NCBI GenBank assembly: GCA_036786375.1
Contig: DAIQRJ010000016.1
Span: forward strand, 3,965-67,964
Direction: 5' to 3'
DNA from: Actinopolymorphaceae bacterium
GTDB taxonomy: Bacteria; Actinomycetota; Actinomycetes; Propionibacteriales; DAIQRJ01
DNA: 64,000 nt
The position numbers were made by a program, and so were the translations under genes. Shown piece by piece: positions 20,007 through 29,831 of the stretch. Each line of letters opens with the position of its first letter. The first letter of the stretch is position 1. Below the pieces are notes generated by a model that did no database searches, was not told the DNA's origin, and was given only the letters and a program-made list of their open reading frames with translations.

Positions 20007-21251
20007 ATGGTGGAGCTCACAGGCATGCGGCATCAGCCCAAGGTCTTGGGCATCGTCCTGGCAGGTGGAGAAGGCAAACGGCTGCTGCCGCTGACCGCCG
20101 ACCGCGCCAAGCCCGCGGTGCCGTTCGGTGGGCACTACCGTCTGGTCGACTTCGTGCTGTCGAACCTCGTGAACGCCGGCATCCGGCAGATCGCCGTTCT
20201 GACGCAGTACAAATCGCATTCTCTCGACCGGCACATCTCCCTGACCTGGCGGATGTCGACGTTCCTCGGCAACTACGTCACGCCGGTACCCGCGCAGCAG
20301 CGCCTCGGACCGCGCTGGTACCAGGGCAGTGCGGACGCGATCTTCCAGTCGTTCAACCTGATCTACGACGAGAAGCCCGACTACGTCGTCGTCTTCGGCG
20401 CCGACCACGTCTACCGCATGGACGCCGCCGCGATGGTGGACGCGCACATCGAGTCCGGCGCGGCCGTGACGGTCGCCGGGATCGGCGTGCCCCGGCGGGA
20501 GGCCACCGACTTCGGCGTGATCGAGCGATCGGCCGACAGTGCGCGGATCGCGGCGTTCCTGGAGAAGCCGGCCAACCCGCCGGCGGTGCCCGGCCGTCCG
20601 GACGAGTCGTTCGTCTCGATGGGCAACTACGTCTTCACCACCTCCGCCCTGCTCGAGGTGATCGCCGCCGACGCAGGCCAGTCCGAGAGCGTGCACGACA
20701 TGGGCGGCAGCATCATCCCGATGCTCACGAACCAGGGCACTGCGTTCGTCTACGACTTCGCCGACAACTACGTCCCCGGCAGCACCGAACGCGACCGCGA
20801 CTACTGGCGCGACGTCGGTTCGCTCGACTCCTACCACGAAGCCCACATGGACCTCGTGTCGATCGACCCGATCTTCAACCTGTACAACGCGAGGTGGCCG
20901 ATCTTCAGCAATCCGCCGCAGGTGCCCGGTGCGAAGTTCGTCGAGGGCGGCCGCGCGCACGAGTCGATCGTCTCGGCCGGCGCGATCGTGTCCGGCGGTC
21001 TCGTCGACCACAGCGTGCTCGCACCGAACGTCCGGATCGCCGGCGGCGCCCGCGTCACCAACTCGGTGATCATGGAGGGCACGGTGATCGGCAAGGGCGC
21101 CACCGTGCGGAATGCCGTTCTGGACAAGGGCGTCGTCGTCCCGCCCGGCGCGGTGATCGGCGAGGACCTCCTCGTCGAACGCCAGAAAGGCCACACCGTC
21201 TCCGCGGGCGGGGTCACCGCCATCGGCAAGGGGACGAAGGTCCAGCTCTAA
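20007..21251 (+). CDS. glgC: glucose-1-phosphate adenylyltransferase
   Basis: ...[42 protein letters not shown]... ATG 20007 is 7 nt after TAGGGT (19994-19999, leaderless pattern). Alternative ATG 20025 has GGAG 9 nt upstream. Confidence 0.9.
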   Translation: MVELTGMRHQPKVLGIVLAGGEGKRLLPLTADRAKPAVPFGGHYRLVDFVLSNLVNAGIRQIAVLTQYKSHSLDRHISLTWRMSTFLGNYVTPVPAQQRLGPRWYQGSADAIFQSFNLIYDEKPDYVVVFGADHVYRMDAAAMVDAHIESGAAVTVAGIGVPRREATDFGVIERSADSARIAAFLEKPANPPAVPGRPDESFVSMGNYVFTTSALLEVIAADAGQSESVHDMGGSIIPMLTNQGTAFVYDFADNYVPGSTERDRDYWRDVGSLDSYHEAHMDLVSIDPIFNLYNARWPIFSNPPQVPGAKFVEGGRAHESIVSAGAIVSGGLVDHSVLAPNVRIAGGARVTNSVIMEGTVIGKGATVRNAVLDKGVVVPPGAVIGEDLLVERQKGHTVSAGGVTAIGKGTKVQL

Positions 21252-21264
21252 GAGCGTTGGTGAC

Positions 21265-21592
21265 ATGGACGCGAACACTTTCAGGGAACCGCCGATCGAC
21301 GGCGACGAGATCGAGTTGCTCCTCGGCATCCTGGACCGCACCCGCAGTGTCCTCGCGTGGAAGACCAGCGGGCTCGACGCCGCGGGTCTGCGCGCCGCAG
21401 TCGGCCGTTCCACGCTCACCCTCGGCGGCATGAGCCAGCTGATCCACGTCAGCGGCGCCGATGGCCGGCACGCGAATCTGCGGCGGCTCGTGGTCGAGAT
21501 GATCGACGAGTACGCCCGCCACAACGGCCAGGCCGACCTGATCCGCGAGTCGGTGGACGGGCCTGGTGGGCGAGGACCCGCCCGTGCGTTGA
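21265..21592 (+). pseudogene. decayed DinB/DUF664 family gene (internal deletion plus frameshift)
   Basis: N-terminal DUF664-like ...LLLGILDRTRSVLAWKTSGLDAAGLRAAVGRSTLTLGG joins almost directly to the C-terminal ...LRRLVVEMIDEYARHNGQADLIRESVDG. The family-typical ending GLVGEDPPVR* appears only in the +1 frame (TGA 21590-21592). Confidence 0.55.
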
Positions 21593-21684
21593 GCGCCAAC
21601 GAGCCGACGACGCACTGCCCGCGGTCAGCCGACCGTCCATGCGGCGGTCGTCACACGGATCGACTTCTAGAGGCCTGTCGACCG

Positions 21685-22344
21685 CTAGAGCCCGGGCGCC
21701 CTGTCAGGCCGCTTCACCGCGCAGAGCAACCCGTCGCCGACCGGCAGCATCACCCCGAGCCACTCGTCAGATTCCGCGATCGTGCGGCCGACCTCACGGA
21801 TGCTCGTCGTCTCGGCATCGCGCGCGGACGGGTCGGCGACCTTGTCGTGCCAGAGCGCGTTGTCGAACGCCACGACACCACCGACGCGGAGCAGCCGGGC
21901 CGCCGCCGCGAGGTACTCGGCGTACTCCTTCTTGTCACCGTCACAGAAGACGAGGTCGTAGTGCCCGTCGGTCAACCGGGAGACGACGTCGAGTGCGGCG
22001 CCGGTGATGAGCCGGGCGCGCTGGGGGGCGAAGCCGCCCGCGGTGAACGTCTGCCGTGCGAACCGCTGATGCTCGGCTTCGATGTCGACACTCGTGAGGA
22101 CGCCGTCACGGCGCATGCCGCGAAGAAGCCAGGTGCCCGACACTCCGCATCCGGTGCCGATCTCGACGACGTTGCGGGCGTCGAGCGTGGCCGCGAGGAA
22201 TCGCAGCGTGGCGCCACCTCCCGGCCCGATCGGCGGCGCCGGAAAGTTGGCGGCGCGGGCGCGGGCGACGGTCAGAACATCGTCCTCGCCGACGAAGTTC
22301 TCGCTGTAGGCCCATGTTGCGGGCTTCATCGCGGCGATGTTCAT
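21685..22344 (-). CDS. class I SAM-dependent O-methyltransferase (caffeoyl-CoA OMT-like; Rv1220c-like)
   Basis: ...[19 protein letters not shown]...[15 protein letters not shown]...[15 protein letters not shown]... Divergent from sigE as in mycobacteria. Confidence 0.85.
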   Translation of the reverse strand: MNIAAMKPATWAYSENFVGEDDVLTVARARAANFPAPPIGPGGGATLRFLAATLDARNVVEIGTGCGVSGTWLLRGMRRDGVLTSVDIEAEHQRFARQTFTAGGFAPQRARLITGAALDVVSRLTDGHYDLVFCDGDKKEYAEYLAAAARLLRVGGVVAFDNALWHDKVADPSARDAETTSIREVGRTIAESDEWLGVMLPVGDGLLCAVKRPDRAPGL

Positions 22345-22481
22345 CAGCCTCCGGAGATCGTTGCCGAACTCTTTCGTACGGCAGGCGCGGCCAGCCTAGT
22401 GGCCACCACCAGCTCACGGCAGCGTGTGGCAGCGATGTGGGACCGTGTGCGGTGCAAGCACAGGGCGGCGAGGCAACCTTC

Positions 22482-22507
22482 GGAACGCGATGTGCGTCTC
22501 AAGCGTT
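22482..22507 (+). promoter_or_regulatory. ECF-type promoter candidate upstream of sigE
   Basis: GGAAC (22482-22486), 17 nt, CGTT (22504-22507). Matches the GGAAC-N16-18-(C)GTT pattern of SigE/SigH/SigR-type promoters. About 70 nt upstream of the sigE start. Confidence 0.45.
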
Positions 22508-22574
22508 GAGCCCGTGGCAGGTCGTCCCGTGCGATCTGCCGGCCCGGAGGGCGATGCCGACCGAAGGACCCCCG

Positions 22575-23192
22575 ATGACACAGCACACCGACACCGGCTC
22601 CGTGCAGCCTGTGTCCACCGGTGACGACGGCGCCGATGCCGTCGAGCCGGCCGTCTGGGTGGCGCCGAGCTGGGACGAGATCGTTCGCGTGCACTCGGCC
22701 CGGGTGTACCGGCTCGCCTACCGCCTCACCGGCAACCAGCACGACGCCGAGGACCTGACCCAGGAAGTGTTCGTCCGCGTCTTCCGCTCGCTGTCGAGCT
22801 TTACCCCCGGCACGTTCGAGGGCTGGATGCACCGCATCACGACCAACCTCTTCCTCGACCAGGCCCGTCGCAAGCAGCGCATCAGGTTCGACGCGCTGAC
22901 CGACGAGGCGCACGAGCGGATGGCCGGCCACGAACCGTCCCCCGCGCAGGTGTATGACGACCACCACCTCGACGCGGACGTCCAGGCCGCACTCGACGGT
23001 CTCGCGCCGGAGTTCCGTGCCGCCGTCGTCCTGTGCGACGTCGAGGGCTTGTCCTACGAGGAGATCTCGGCGACTCTCGGCGTCAAGCTGGGTACGGTCC
23101 GCAGCCGCATCCACCGCGGCCGCGCGCACCTGCGCAGCGCGTTGTCCCACCGCAACCCACGAGCACTGGAAAGTATCCCGTCCACGCCATGA
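22575..23192 (+). CDS. sigE: ECF RNA polymerase sigma factor SigE
   Basis: ...[30 protein letters not shown]...(region 2)...[28 protein letters not shown] (region 4). ATG 22575 with GAAGGA 6 nt upstream. Synteny with rseA-htrA-tatB. Confidence 0.9.
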   Translation: MTQHTDTGSVQPVSTGDDGADAVEPAVWVAPSWDEIVRVHSARVYRLAYRLTGNQHDAEDLTQEVFVRVFRSLSSFTPGTFEGWMHRITTNLFLDQARRKQRIRFDALTDEAHERMAGHEPSPAQVYDDHHLDADVQAALDGLAPEFRAAVVLCDVEGLSYEEISATLGVKLGTVRSRIHRGRAHLRSALSHRNPRALESIPSTP

Positions 23193-24121
23193 CCCACGAC
23201 CGCATCCGCATCTCTGCGCTCGTCGACGGTGAGTGCTCCGTCGACGAGCGCGACGTCGTTCTGGCGCACGTGATGGGGTGCGACGACTGCCGGACGTTCT
23301 ACCAGCAGGAGCGTGCGGCCAAGGCTGCGCTGGCAGCAGGTGCCGCGGCCGGCACCCCCGCACCGACCGGACTCGTGTCGTCCCTTCTCGCGCTCGCATC
23401 GACCCGGGCGCCGGCGATCGACCGGCCGGCCACCCGCCGCCCGCGCGCAAGTGGCCCGGCGCGGCCGGCCGAACTGCCCGGTCAACGACGCCGCCGCGTC
23501 CGGCGCGCCGCCAAGGGCATCGGGTTCTCCCTCCTGGGGGCGTCGCTGCTGTTCGCCGCCGCCTTCGTGATCGGCGGCGACGCGCGTGCGCGGATCCCCG
23601 CACCGCAGCTCGGGGCGTTCGGAACAGAGCACGAGCAGGCTGCCGTGGCCGCAAGCGAGGGCGGCGGTGCCGCCACGGCCAAGGGGATCTCGAGTTCCCC
23701 GGCCGGCGTGTCGACCGCCGCCGAACTCGTCCAGCCGGCGACGTCGATCGCGCCGGCCACGCTGGCGGGATTCACGTTCGTGTCGTCCTCCGCCGCGGAG
23801 GGGGGCGCGACCAGGTCGACCTACAGCGACGGCGCGAGCACGGTGTCGGTGTTCCGCCAGGAGGGCCGGGTGGAGACGGCGAAGCTCAAGGGCTTCACCA
23901 CGCACCGCGTCGACGGCGCGAAGCTGAAACGCAAGACGGGCCGGCCCGGCTATCTGGTGTGGAGCTGCCGCGACGTCACCTACACCGTCGTCGGCGACAG
24001 CGCCGGTGATCTCGACCGGGTCGCCACCGCACTCCCGCATGTGTGCCCGCAGAAGAGCGGGTGGAGCCGGGTCGGCCGGGGCATGCACCGGGCAGCAGGG
24101 TGGCTCAACCCACTTTCCTGA
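23189..24121 (+). CDS. rseA: anti-sigma-E factor, zinc-binding (ZAS) with one TM helix
   Basis: ATGA overlap with the sigE stop. [15 protein letters not shown]...[12 protein letters not shown] (H-x3-C-x2-C). TM helix [21 protein letters not shown]. Longer than M. tuberculosis RseA. Confidence 0.75.
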   Translation: MTHDRIRISALVDGECSVDERDVVLAHVMGCDDCRTFYQQERAAKAALAAGAAAGTPAPTGLVSSLLALASTRAPAIDRPATRRPRASGPARPAELPGQRRRRVRRAAKGIGFSLLGASLLFAAAFVIGGDARARIPAPQLGAFGTEHEQAAVAASEGGGAATAKGISSSPAGVSTAAELVQPATSIAPATLAGFTFVSSSAAEGGATRSTYSDGASTVSVFRQEGRVETAKLKGFTTHRVDGAKLKRKTGRPGYLVWSCRDVTYTVVGDSAGDLDRVATALPHVCPQKSGWSRVGRGMHRAAGWLNPLS

Positions 24122-24193
24122 GACGATGACGGTCCAGCTCGACGTGATCCGACCGTCACCCGGTGCTCCGACGCCGCCGAAGGGCCTTGCCTC

Positions 24194-25534
24194 ATGAGTG
24201 AATCCGACACCCCTGCCACCGGCGCTCAGCCTGACCAGCCCACTCAGCAGTTCGCGGTGCCGAGCTACGACCAGGAGCAGGTCTACGGGGCACCCGCTTA
24301 CGGGCAGTCCGATCACGAGCAGTACGCCCGGCCCGACTACCAGCAGCCCGGCTACCCGCAGTACGGCTACCAGCAGCCCGGCTACCAGCAGCCCGGCTAC
24401 CAGCAGCCCGGCTACCCGCAGCCCGGCTACCCGCAGTACGGCCAGCCTGCCTACCGGCCGCCGGGATCTCGTGCGACCGGCCCCCGCCGCGGCCCGCTGA
24501 TCGTCGCCGCGATCGCGATCGCCCTCGTTGCCGGCGCGCTCGGTGCTGTCGGCGGAACCGCGGCCACCCTGGCCGTCGGCACGCCGGCCACCTCCTCGCC
24601 GACAACGCCGCCCGGTGGCTTCTCGAGCCCGCAGGATGTCGTGACGGTGGCGGCGGCCGTGCTCCCGTCGGTCGTGCAGATCCGGGTCGTGACGACCGAG
24701 GGCAGCGGCACAGGTTCCGGCTGCGTGCTCACCCCTGGCGGTCTGATCGCGACGAACAACCACGTCGTGGCCGGCGCCAACGCCCGCGACATCACCGTCT
24801 ACTTCTTCGACGGCACCAAGTCGAAGGCCCGGGTCATCGGAACCAGCCCGTCCTACGACCTCGCGGTGATCAAGGTCGACGACCATCCGAACCTCAAGCC
24901 GGTCGTCACCGGCAACTCCGACGCACTGCGCATCGGCGACCCGGTCGTCGCGATCGGCTCACCGTTGGGCCTGTCGGGCACGGTGACGACGGGGATCATC
25001 AGCTCGAAGGACCGTCCGGTCACCACCGGCGGCAACGGCGAGAACTCCTACATCTCCGCCCTGCAGACCGACGCGGCGATCAACCCGGGCAACTCCGGTG
25101 GCCCACTGGTCGACCTCACCGGCAAGGTCGTCGGGGTCAACTCGGCCATCGCCACGCTGGGCTCGTCGCAGGGTGGTCAATCCGGCAGCATCGGCCTGGG
25201 CTTCTCGATCCCGATCAACACGGTCAAGCGCGTCACCGACCAGATCATCAGCACCGGGCATGCGGTGTACCCGATCATCGGCGCGGGTCTGGCGATGGAC
25301 TTCACCGGCGACGGCGCCAAGATCTCGAGCGTGGATCCGGGTTCGCCGGCCGAGAAGGCGGGGGTGAAACCGGGCGACATCGTCACCAAGTTCGACGGCG
25401 AGACGGTGACGAGTGGGATCGATCTGATCGTCCTGACGCGCAAACACGAGCCCGGTCAGAAGGTCAAACTGACCGTGTATCGATCCGGTAACACCAGTGA
25501 CCTGACTGTGACGTTGGCCGGCAAACAGGGCTGA
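24194..25534 (+). CDS. htrA: HtrA/DegP family serine protease (S1C) with PDZ domain
   Basis: Pro/Gln/Tyr-rich N-terminus, TM helix, trypsin-like core (...ATNNHVV..., ...YDLAVIKV..., ...GNSGGPLV...), C-terminal PDZ. Confidence 0.9.
   Translation: MSESDTPATGAQPDQPTQQFAVPSYDQEQVYGAPAYGQSDHEQYARPDYQQPGYPQYGYQQPGYQQPGYQQPGYPQPGYPQYGQPAYRPPGSRATGPRRGPLIVAAIAIALVAGALGAVGGTAATLAVGTPATSSPTTPPGGFSSPQDVVTVAAAVLPSVVQIRVVTTEGSGTGSGCVLTPGGLIATNNHVVAGANARDITVYFFDGTKSKARVIGTSPSYDLAVIKVDDHPNLKPVVTGNSDALRIGDPVVAIGSPLGLSGTVTTGIISSKDRPVTTGGNGENSYISALQTDAAINPGNSGGPLVDLTGKVVGVNSAIATLGSSQGGQSGSIGLGFSIPINTVKRVTDQIISTGHAVYPIIGAGLAMDFTGDGAKISSVDPGSPAEKAGVKPGDIVTKFDGETVTSGIDLIVLTRKHEPGQKVKLTVYRSGNTSDLTVTLAGKQG
24338..24456 (+). 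repeat. in-frame tandem repeat (15-nt unit taccagcagcccggc and variants) encoding (Y)QQPGY repeats
   Basis: DNA reads ...ctaccagcagcccggctacccgcagtacggctaccagcagcccggctaccagcagcccggctaccagcagcccggctacccgcagcccggctac... Protein: DYQQPGYPQYGYQQPGYQQPGYQQPGYPQPGYPQYG. Confidence 0.85.
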
Positions 25535-25558
25535 AGTGCCCGAGGTACCCTGAGCCCA

Positions 25559-25924
25559 ATGTTCGACATCGGTCTTCCTGAGTTCGCCGTTCTGGCGGTT
25601 GCGGCCCTGTTCATCTTCGGGCCCGAGCGCCTTCCTCAGGCTGCGGCACAGGCCGCGAAGATGCTCAAGCAGATCCGCAACATGGCGAACAACGCCCGCT
25701 CGGAACTCACCAACGAACTCGGGCCGGAGTTCGGCAACCTCAACTTCGAAGACCTCAACCCGCGCACGTTCATCCGCAAGAATCTCCTCGAGGGCACCGG
25801 GCTCGACACACTCAAGGACGACATCGGGATCACGAAGTCCGACGTGTCCGTCGCGCTCGAGGAGCGCGAGCCCGACCCGCTCGAGTTCTGGATGCGCCCG
25901 CCGATCGACCTCGAAGGAACCTGA
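25559..25924 (+). CDS. tatB: Sec-independent (Tat) protein translocase subunit TatB
   Basis: MFDIGLPEFAVLAVAALFIFGPERLPQAAAQAAKMLKQIRNMANNARSEL... Confidence 0.9.
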   Translation: MFDIGLPEFAVLAVAALFIFGPERLPQAAAQAAKMLKQIRNMANNARSELTNELGPEFGNLNFEDLNPRTFIRKNLLEGTGLDTLKDDIGITKSDVSVALEEREPDPLEFWMRPPIDLEGT

Positions 25925-25930
25925 GCCCGC

Positions 25931-27091
25931 TCAGCTGACGGGCGTGAGCCCGAGGCGGCGGCCGAGCAGCCCGCGCGAACGGCCGGCCAGCCGGCCCGCC
26001 ACCCGCGCGAGTTCGAGTGCGGCCGGGGAGTCGGGGTCCGACAGCACCAGCGGCATGCCGGCGTCGGCACCCGCGCCGAGGCGTGGGTCCAGCGGAATGT
26101 GCGCCAGGACCGGGATGTCGTAGCCCAGCCGCGTCGTCAGGGTTGACGCCACCCGCTCGCCGCCGCCGCTGCCGAAGACCTCGAGCTTGTGCTCCGGGCC
26201 GCAGTGCGGGCAGACCAGGTAGGACATGTTCTCGACGATGCCGATGACTTTCTGCTCGAGCATCGACGCCATCGTGCCGGCGCGCTCGGCCACCTCGGCG
26301 GCGCTGTCCTGCGGGGTCGTGACGACAAGGACCTCGGTGCCGCTGCCCAGCTGCTGGCCGACCGAGATCGCCACGTCGCCGGTACCCGGGGGCAGATCGA
26401 GCAGCAAGATGTCGAGGTCTCCCCAGTAGACGTCGGACAGCATCTGCGCGAGCGCCTTGTCGAGCATCGGCCCGCGCCAGGCCACGACCTGTTCACGCTT
26501 GGGTTTGAGCATCCCGATCGAGATCAGCCGCACACCGTGGGCGGTGATCGGCATGATCATCTCTTCGACCCGGGTGGGCCGTTCATCCGCGACTCCGAAC
26601 ATCACCGGGATCGAGTGGCCGTAGATGTCCGCGTCGAGAACGCCGACCTTGAGCCCCTGCTTGGCCAGCCCGACGGCGAGGTTGGTCGTGACCGCCGACT
26701 TGCCGACGCCACCTTTGCCGGACGCGACCGCGAACACGCGGGTCAGCGAGCCGGCCTTGGTGAACTTGTTCTCCTTGGCCGGCGCGCCGCCGCGGAGCTT
26801 GGTCTGGAGTGCCTTGCGCTGTTCGTCGGTCATCACACCGAAGGTGATGGCCACGTCGCGCACCCCATCGACGCGCAGAGCGGCGCCGGTGACGTCCTCG
26901 GTGAGCTTGTCGCGCATCGGGCAGCCGGACACCGTAAGCAGGATGGTGATGCGCGCCACGGCGTTCGGATCGACCAGCACGCTCTCGACCATGTCGATCT
27001 CGGTGATGGGCCGGCGGATCTCGGGGTCGAGGACCGTGGCGAGCTGCTCGCGCACGAGATCGGGCAGGCTGGACGGTGTGCTGACAGGCAT
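25931..27091 (-). CDS. mrp: Mrp/ApbC family Fe-S cluster carrier ATPase
   Basis: N-terminal DUF59-like region, Walker A ...ASGKGGVGKSAVT..., ...CPHCG... Confidence 0.9.
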   Translation of the reverse strand: MPVSTPSSLPDLVREQLATVLDPEIRRPITEIDMVESVLVDPNAVARITILLTVSGCPMRDKLTEDVTGAALRVDGVRDVAITFGVMTDEQRKALQTKLRGGAPAKENKFTKAGSLTRVFAVASGKGGVGKSAVTTNLAVGLAKQGLKVGVLDADIYGHSIPVMFGVADERPTRVEEMIMPITAHGVRLISIGMLKPKREQVVAWRGPMLDKALAQMLSDVYWGDLDILLLDLPPGTGDVAISVGQQLGSGTEVLVVTTPQDSAAEVAERAGTMASMLEQKVIGIVENMSYLVCPHCGPEHKLEVFGSGGGERVASTLTTRLGYDIPVLAHIPLDPRLGAGADAGMPLVLSDPDSPAALELARVAGRLAGRSRGLLGRRLGLTPVS

Positions 27092-27187
27092 GGCGCAAGG
27101 CTACGTGAGTCCAGGTGTACCGGGGACACGGCCGCATCGGTAGGTTCACCCCGTCACCGGATGTCGCGCGAACGAAGGGAGCAGCTG

Positions 27188-27973
27188 GTGGAGGTGGTCA
27201 TCCTCGCGGATGCCGAGGCGATCGGGGCGGTTGCCGCCGACGCCATCGAAGCGCTCGTGCGCCGCAAGCCGTCCGCCGTTCTGGGCCTGGCGACCGGCTC
27301 GTCCCCGCTGCCGGTTTACGACGAGCTCGCGCAACGGCACGCGACCACAGGTCTGAGTTTTTCCGACTGCCACGGCTTCGCGCTCGACGAGTACGTCGGG
27401 CTCCGGCCGGGCCATCCCGAGTCCTACCGGGAGGTCGTGCGCCGAGAGTTCACCGAGCGCGTCGACATCGATCCGTCGCGCGTGCACGGCCCGGACGGCT
27501 CCGCCGCCGACGTCCGCGCGGCGTGCGCCCAATACGAGGACGCGATCCGCTCGGTCGGCGGCATCGATCTGCAGATCCTCGGGATCGGCACCGACGGCCA
27601 CGTCGGGTTCAACGAGCCGGGCTCCTCGCTGACGTCGCGTACCCGGATCAAGTCGCTGACGGAGCAGACCCGCGCCGACAACGCGCGGTTCTTCGACGGC
27701 GACGTCGACCAGGTTCCGCACCACGTGCTCACCCAGGGCCTGGGCACGATCTCCGACGCCCGGCACGTGATCCTCGTGGCGATGGGCGAGGGCAAGGCGC
27801 AGGCGGTGCACGAACTCGTCGAGGGCCCGGTGCGCGCGTTCTGCCCGGCGTCGATCCTGCAGATGCACCAGCACGTCACCGTCCTGGTCGACGATGCCGC
27901 GGCGGATCGGCTCGAGCTCGGCGCGTACTACCGGCAGAGCTACCGGCACAAGCCTGCCTGGCAAGGCATCTAG
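27188..27973 (+). CDS. nagB: glucosamine-6-phosphate deaminase
   Basis: (M)EVVILADAEAIG...LGLATGSSPLPVY...LQILGIGTDGHVGFNEPGSSL... GTG 27188 with AAGGGAG 6 nt upstream. The rest of track ORF 26189..27973 is antisense to mrp. Confidence 0.9.
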   Translation: MEVVILADAEAIGAVAADAIEALVRRKPSAVLGLATGSSPLPVYDELAQRHATTGLSFSDCHGFALDEYVGLRPGHPESYREVVRREFTERVDIDPSRVHGPDGSAADVRAACAQYEDAIRSVGGIDLQILGIGTDGHVGFNEPGSSLTSRTRIKSLTEQTRADNARFFDGDVDQVPHHVLTQGLGTISDARHVILVAMGEGKAQAVHELVEGPVRAFCPASILQMHQHVTVLVDDAAADRLELGAYYRQSYRHKPAWQGI

Positions 27974-27982
27974 CGCTCGGCG

Positions 27983-28537
27983 CTAGCTGTTGTCGGCACC
28001 CGCCCGGTCGGCTCGTTCCTCCCGCTCGTCGCGCTCGACCAGGATCGAACGCAGCTCCGAGCGCAGGAAGTCCCGGGTCGCCGTCTCGCCCAGCGCCGAC
28101 CGCAGCGCGGCCATCTCGCGGGCCAGGAACTCCATGTCGGCGCGGGTGCGGAACTGCACGTCGCGGTCGGAGTCGTACTGGACGCGGTCGCGGCCCTCCT
28201 GGCGATTCTGCGCGAGCAGGATCAGCGGCGCCGCATAGCTGGCCTGCAACGACAGGATCAGGGTCAGGAAGATGAACGGGTAGTGGTCGAAGCGCCAGCT
28301 GGTGGGCAGCAGCGTGTTCCACACGACCCACGCCACGATGATCACCGTCATCCCGGCGAGGAATCGGGCCGTCCCCATGAAGCGGGCGAAGCGTTCGGAG
28401 AACCGGCCGAAGAACTCCGGGTCCGGACGCATGTCCGACAGCGTCCGGCGGCGGGTCGCGGGGACGTCCAGGCCGCTGCGCGGTGCGCGCCGGGTGCGGG
28501 TCGAGGTCGACGTCCGCTGGATCTCCTCAGACGCCAT
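27983..28537 (-). CDS. DUF1003 domain-containing membrane protein (Rv1231c-like)
   Basis: Two TM helices (FLAGMTVIIVAWVVWNTLL; YPFIFLTLILSLQASYAAPLILL), then ...LAQNRQEGRDRVQYDSDRD... Start overlaps the upstream gene by 11 nt. Confidence 0.8.
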   Translation of the reverse strand: MASEEIQRTSTSTRTRRAPRSGLDVPATRRRTLSDMRPDPEFFGRFSERFARFMGTARFLAGMTVIIVAWVVWNTLLPTSWRFDHYPFIFLTLILSLQASYAAPLILLAQNRQEGRDRVQYDSDRDVQFRTRADMEFLAREMAALRSALGETATRDFLRSELRSILVERDEREERADRAGADNS

Positions 28538-29831
28538 CGCCAGCCGCCTTCCGTCTCGTCACGCTGCCCGGCGCCGCCGTTGGCGTCGGCGTCCGATCGC
28601 GCGCCTCGCGCCAGTTCTCCGGCAGCAGGTGGTCGAGCACGTCGTCGACGGTGACCGCGCCGAGCAGCCGGCCGGCATCGTCGACCACCGGGGCGGACAG
28701 CAGGTTGTACGCGGCCAGGTAGCTGGCGACCTCGTGCAGGGTCGCATCCGGCGAGATCGGATCGAGGGTCGAATCGACCACCCCGGACACGAGCTCGGAC
28801 GGCATCTCCCGCAGAAGCCGTTGCAGGTGCGCGACCCCGACCAACCGGCCGGTCGGCGTCTCCAGCGGCGGCCGGCAGACGAACACCGACGCGGCCATCG
28901 CGGGCGACAGTTCTGGGTTGCGGATCGTCGCGAGCGCATCGGCGACCGTCGCGTCGGGCGGAAGGATCACCGGTTCGCTGGTCATCAGGCCGCCGGCGGT
29001 GCGCTCGGCGTAGGTCATCAACCGGCGGACCGGGCCGGCCTCCTCGGGATCCATCAGCGCGAGCAGCTGCTCGGCGCGCTCGGGCGGCAGCTCGGCGATC
29101 AGGTCGGCCGCGTCGTCCGGGGACATCTCCTCGAGCACGTCGGCTGCCCGCTCGGACTCGATCTGGCCGATGATCTCGACCTGCGCATCCTCGGAGAGCT
29201 CCTCCAGGACATCGGCCAGCCGTTCGTCCTCGAGGGCGTTGACGACCTCGCCGCGGCGCTTCGGGCTCAGGTCGAGCAGCAGGTTCGCGAGGTCGGCCGG
29301 CCGCATCTCCTCGAGTGACGCCAACAGGTGCGTGGTGCCCTGGTCGGCCTGTTCGATGGACAGTCCGGCGACCTGGTCCCAGTCCAGGACGGCGGTCGCG
29401 CCACGACGGAATCGCTTGCCTGCCTTGGCGATCGCGACCTTGACGACCCGCCAGTCACGCGAGCGCTGCTGCTCGAACGCCATGTCGAACACGAGTACCG
29501 TTTCGCCGGTGTCGCGCAGCGTGACGGACCGGTCGATCAGCTCGCCGAGGACGAGGGTCTCGCCGGAACGTTTCTCGAACCTGCGGAGATTGACCAGCCC
29601 GGTGGTGATGACAGCACCGGTGTCGATGCGGGTGACGCGCGTCATCGGGACGAAGATGCGCCGGCGGCCGGGCACCTCGACGATGATGCCGAGCAGCCGT
29701 GGCGGCTGGTCGTCGCTGCGCAGGGTCACCACCGCATCGCGGACGCGGCCGACGTGATCGCCGTTCGGATCGAAGACGCCGGTGCCGGCGAACCGGGCGA
29801 CGAAGATGCGCGCAGGTGGGGTGCTGGCCAT
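28527..29831 (-). CDS. soluble PRC-barrel / MgtE N-terminal / tandem CBS domain protein lacking the MgtE channel domain (Rv1232c-like)
   Basis: ...LADVLEELSEDAQVEIIGQIESERAADVLEEMSPDDAADLIAELPPERAEQLL... (MgtE_N), then two CBS-like repeats. No TM segment. ATG 29831 preceded by GAGGAGG 6 nt upstream. Confidence 0.8.
   Translation of the reverse strand: MASTPPARIFVARFAGTGVFDPNGDHVGRVRDAVVTLRSDDQPPRLLGIIVEVPGRRRIFVPMTRVTRIDTGAVITTGLVNLRRFEKRSGETLVLGELIDRSVTLRDTGETVLVFDMAFEQQRSRDWRVVKVAIAKAGKRFRRGATAVLDWDQVAGLSIEQADQGTTHLLASLEEMRPADLANLLLDLSPKRRGEVVNALEDERLADVLEELSEDAQVEIIGQIESERAADVLEEMSPDDAADLIAELPPERAEQLLALMDPEEAGPVRRLMTYAERTAGGLMTSEPVILPPDATVADALATIRNPELSPAMAASVFVCRPPLETPTGRLVGVAHLQRLLREMPSELVSGVVDSTLDPISPDATLHEVASYLAAYNLLSAPVVDDAGRLLGAVTVDDVLDHLLPENWREARDRTPTPTAAPGSVTRRKAAGDGV

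Noticed and set aside
21593-22509. Continuation of ORF 21265..22509 as a 414-aa protein
   Set aside because: Beyond about 21592 the frame is antisense to a well-supported O-methyltransferase and has no family resemblance. Only the first ~110 codons resemble DUF664, and those look decayed.
24192-24605. Minus-strand ORF with AAGSRAAGSR repeats, and the plus-strand alternative-frame ORF 24198..24500
   Set aside because: Both are mirror or out-of-frame readings of the in-frame QQPGY tandem repeat of htrA.
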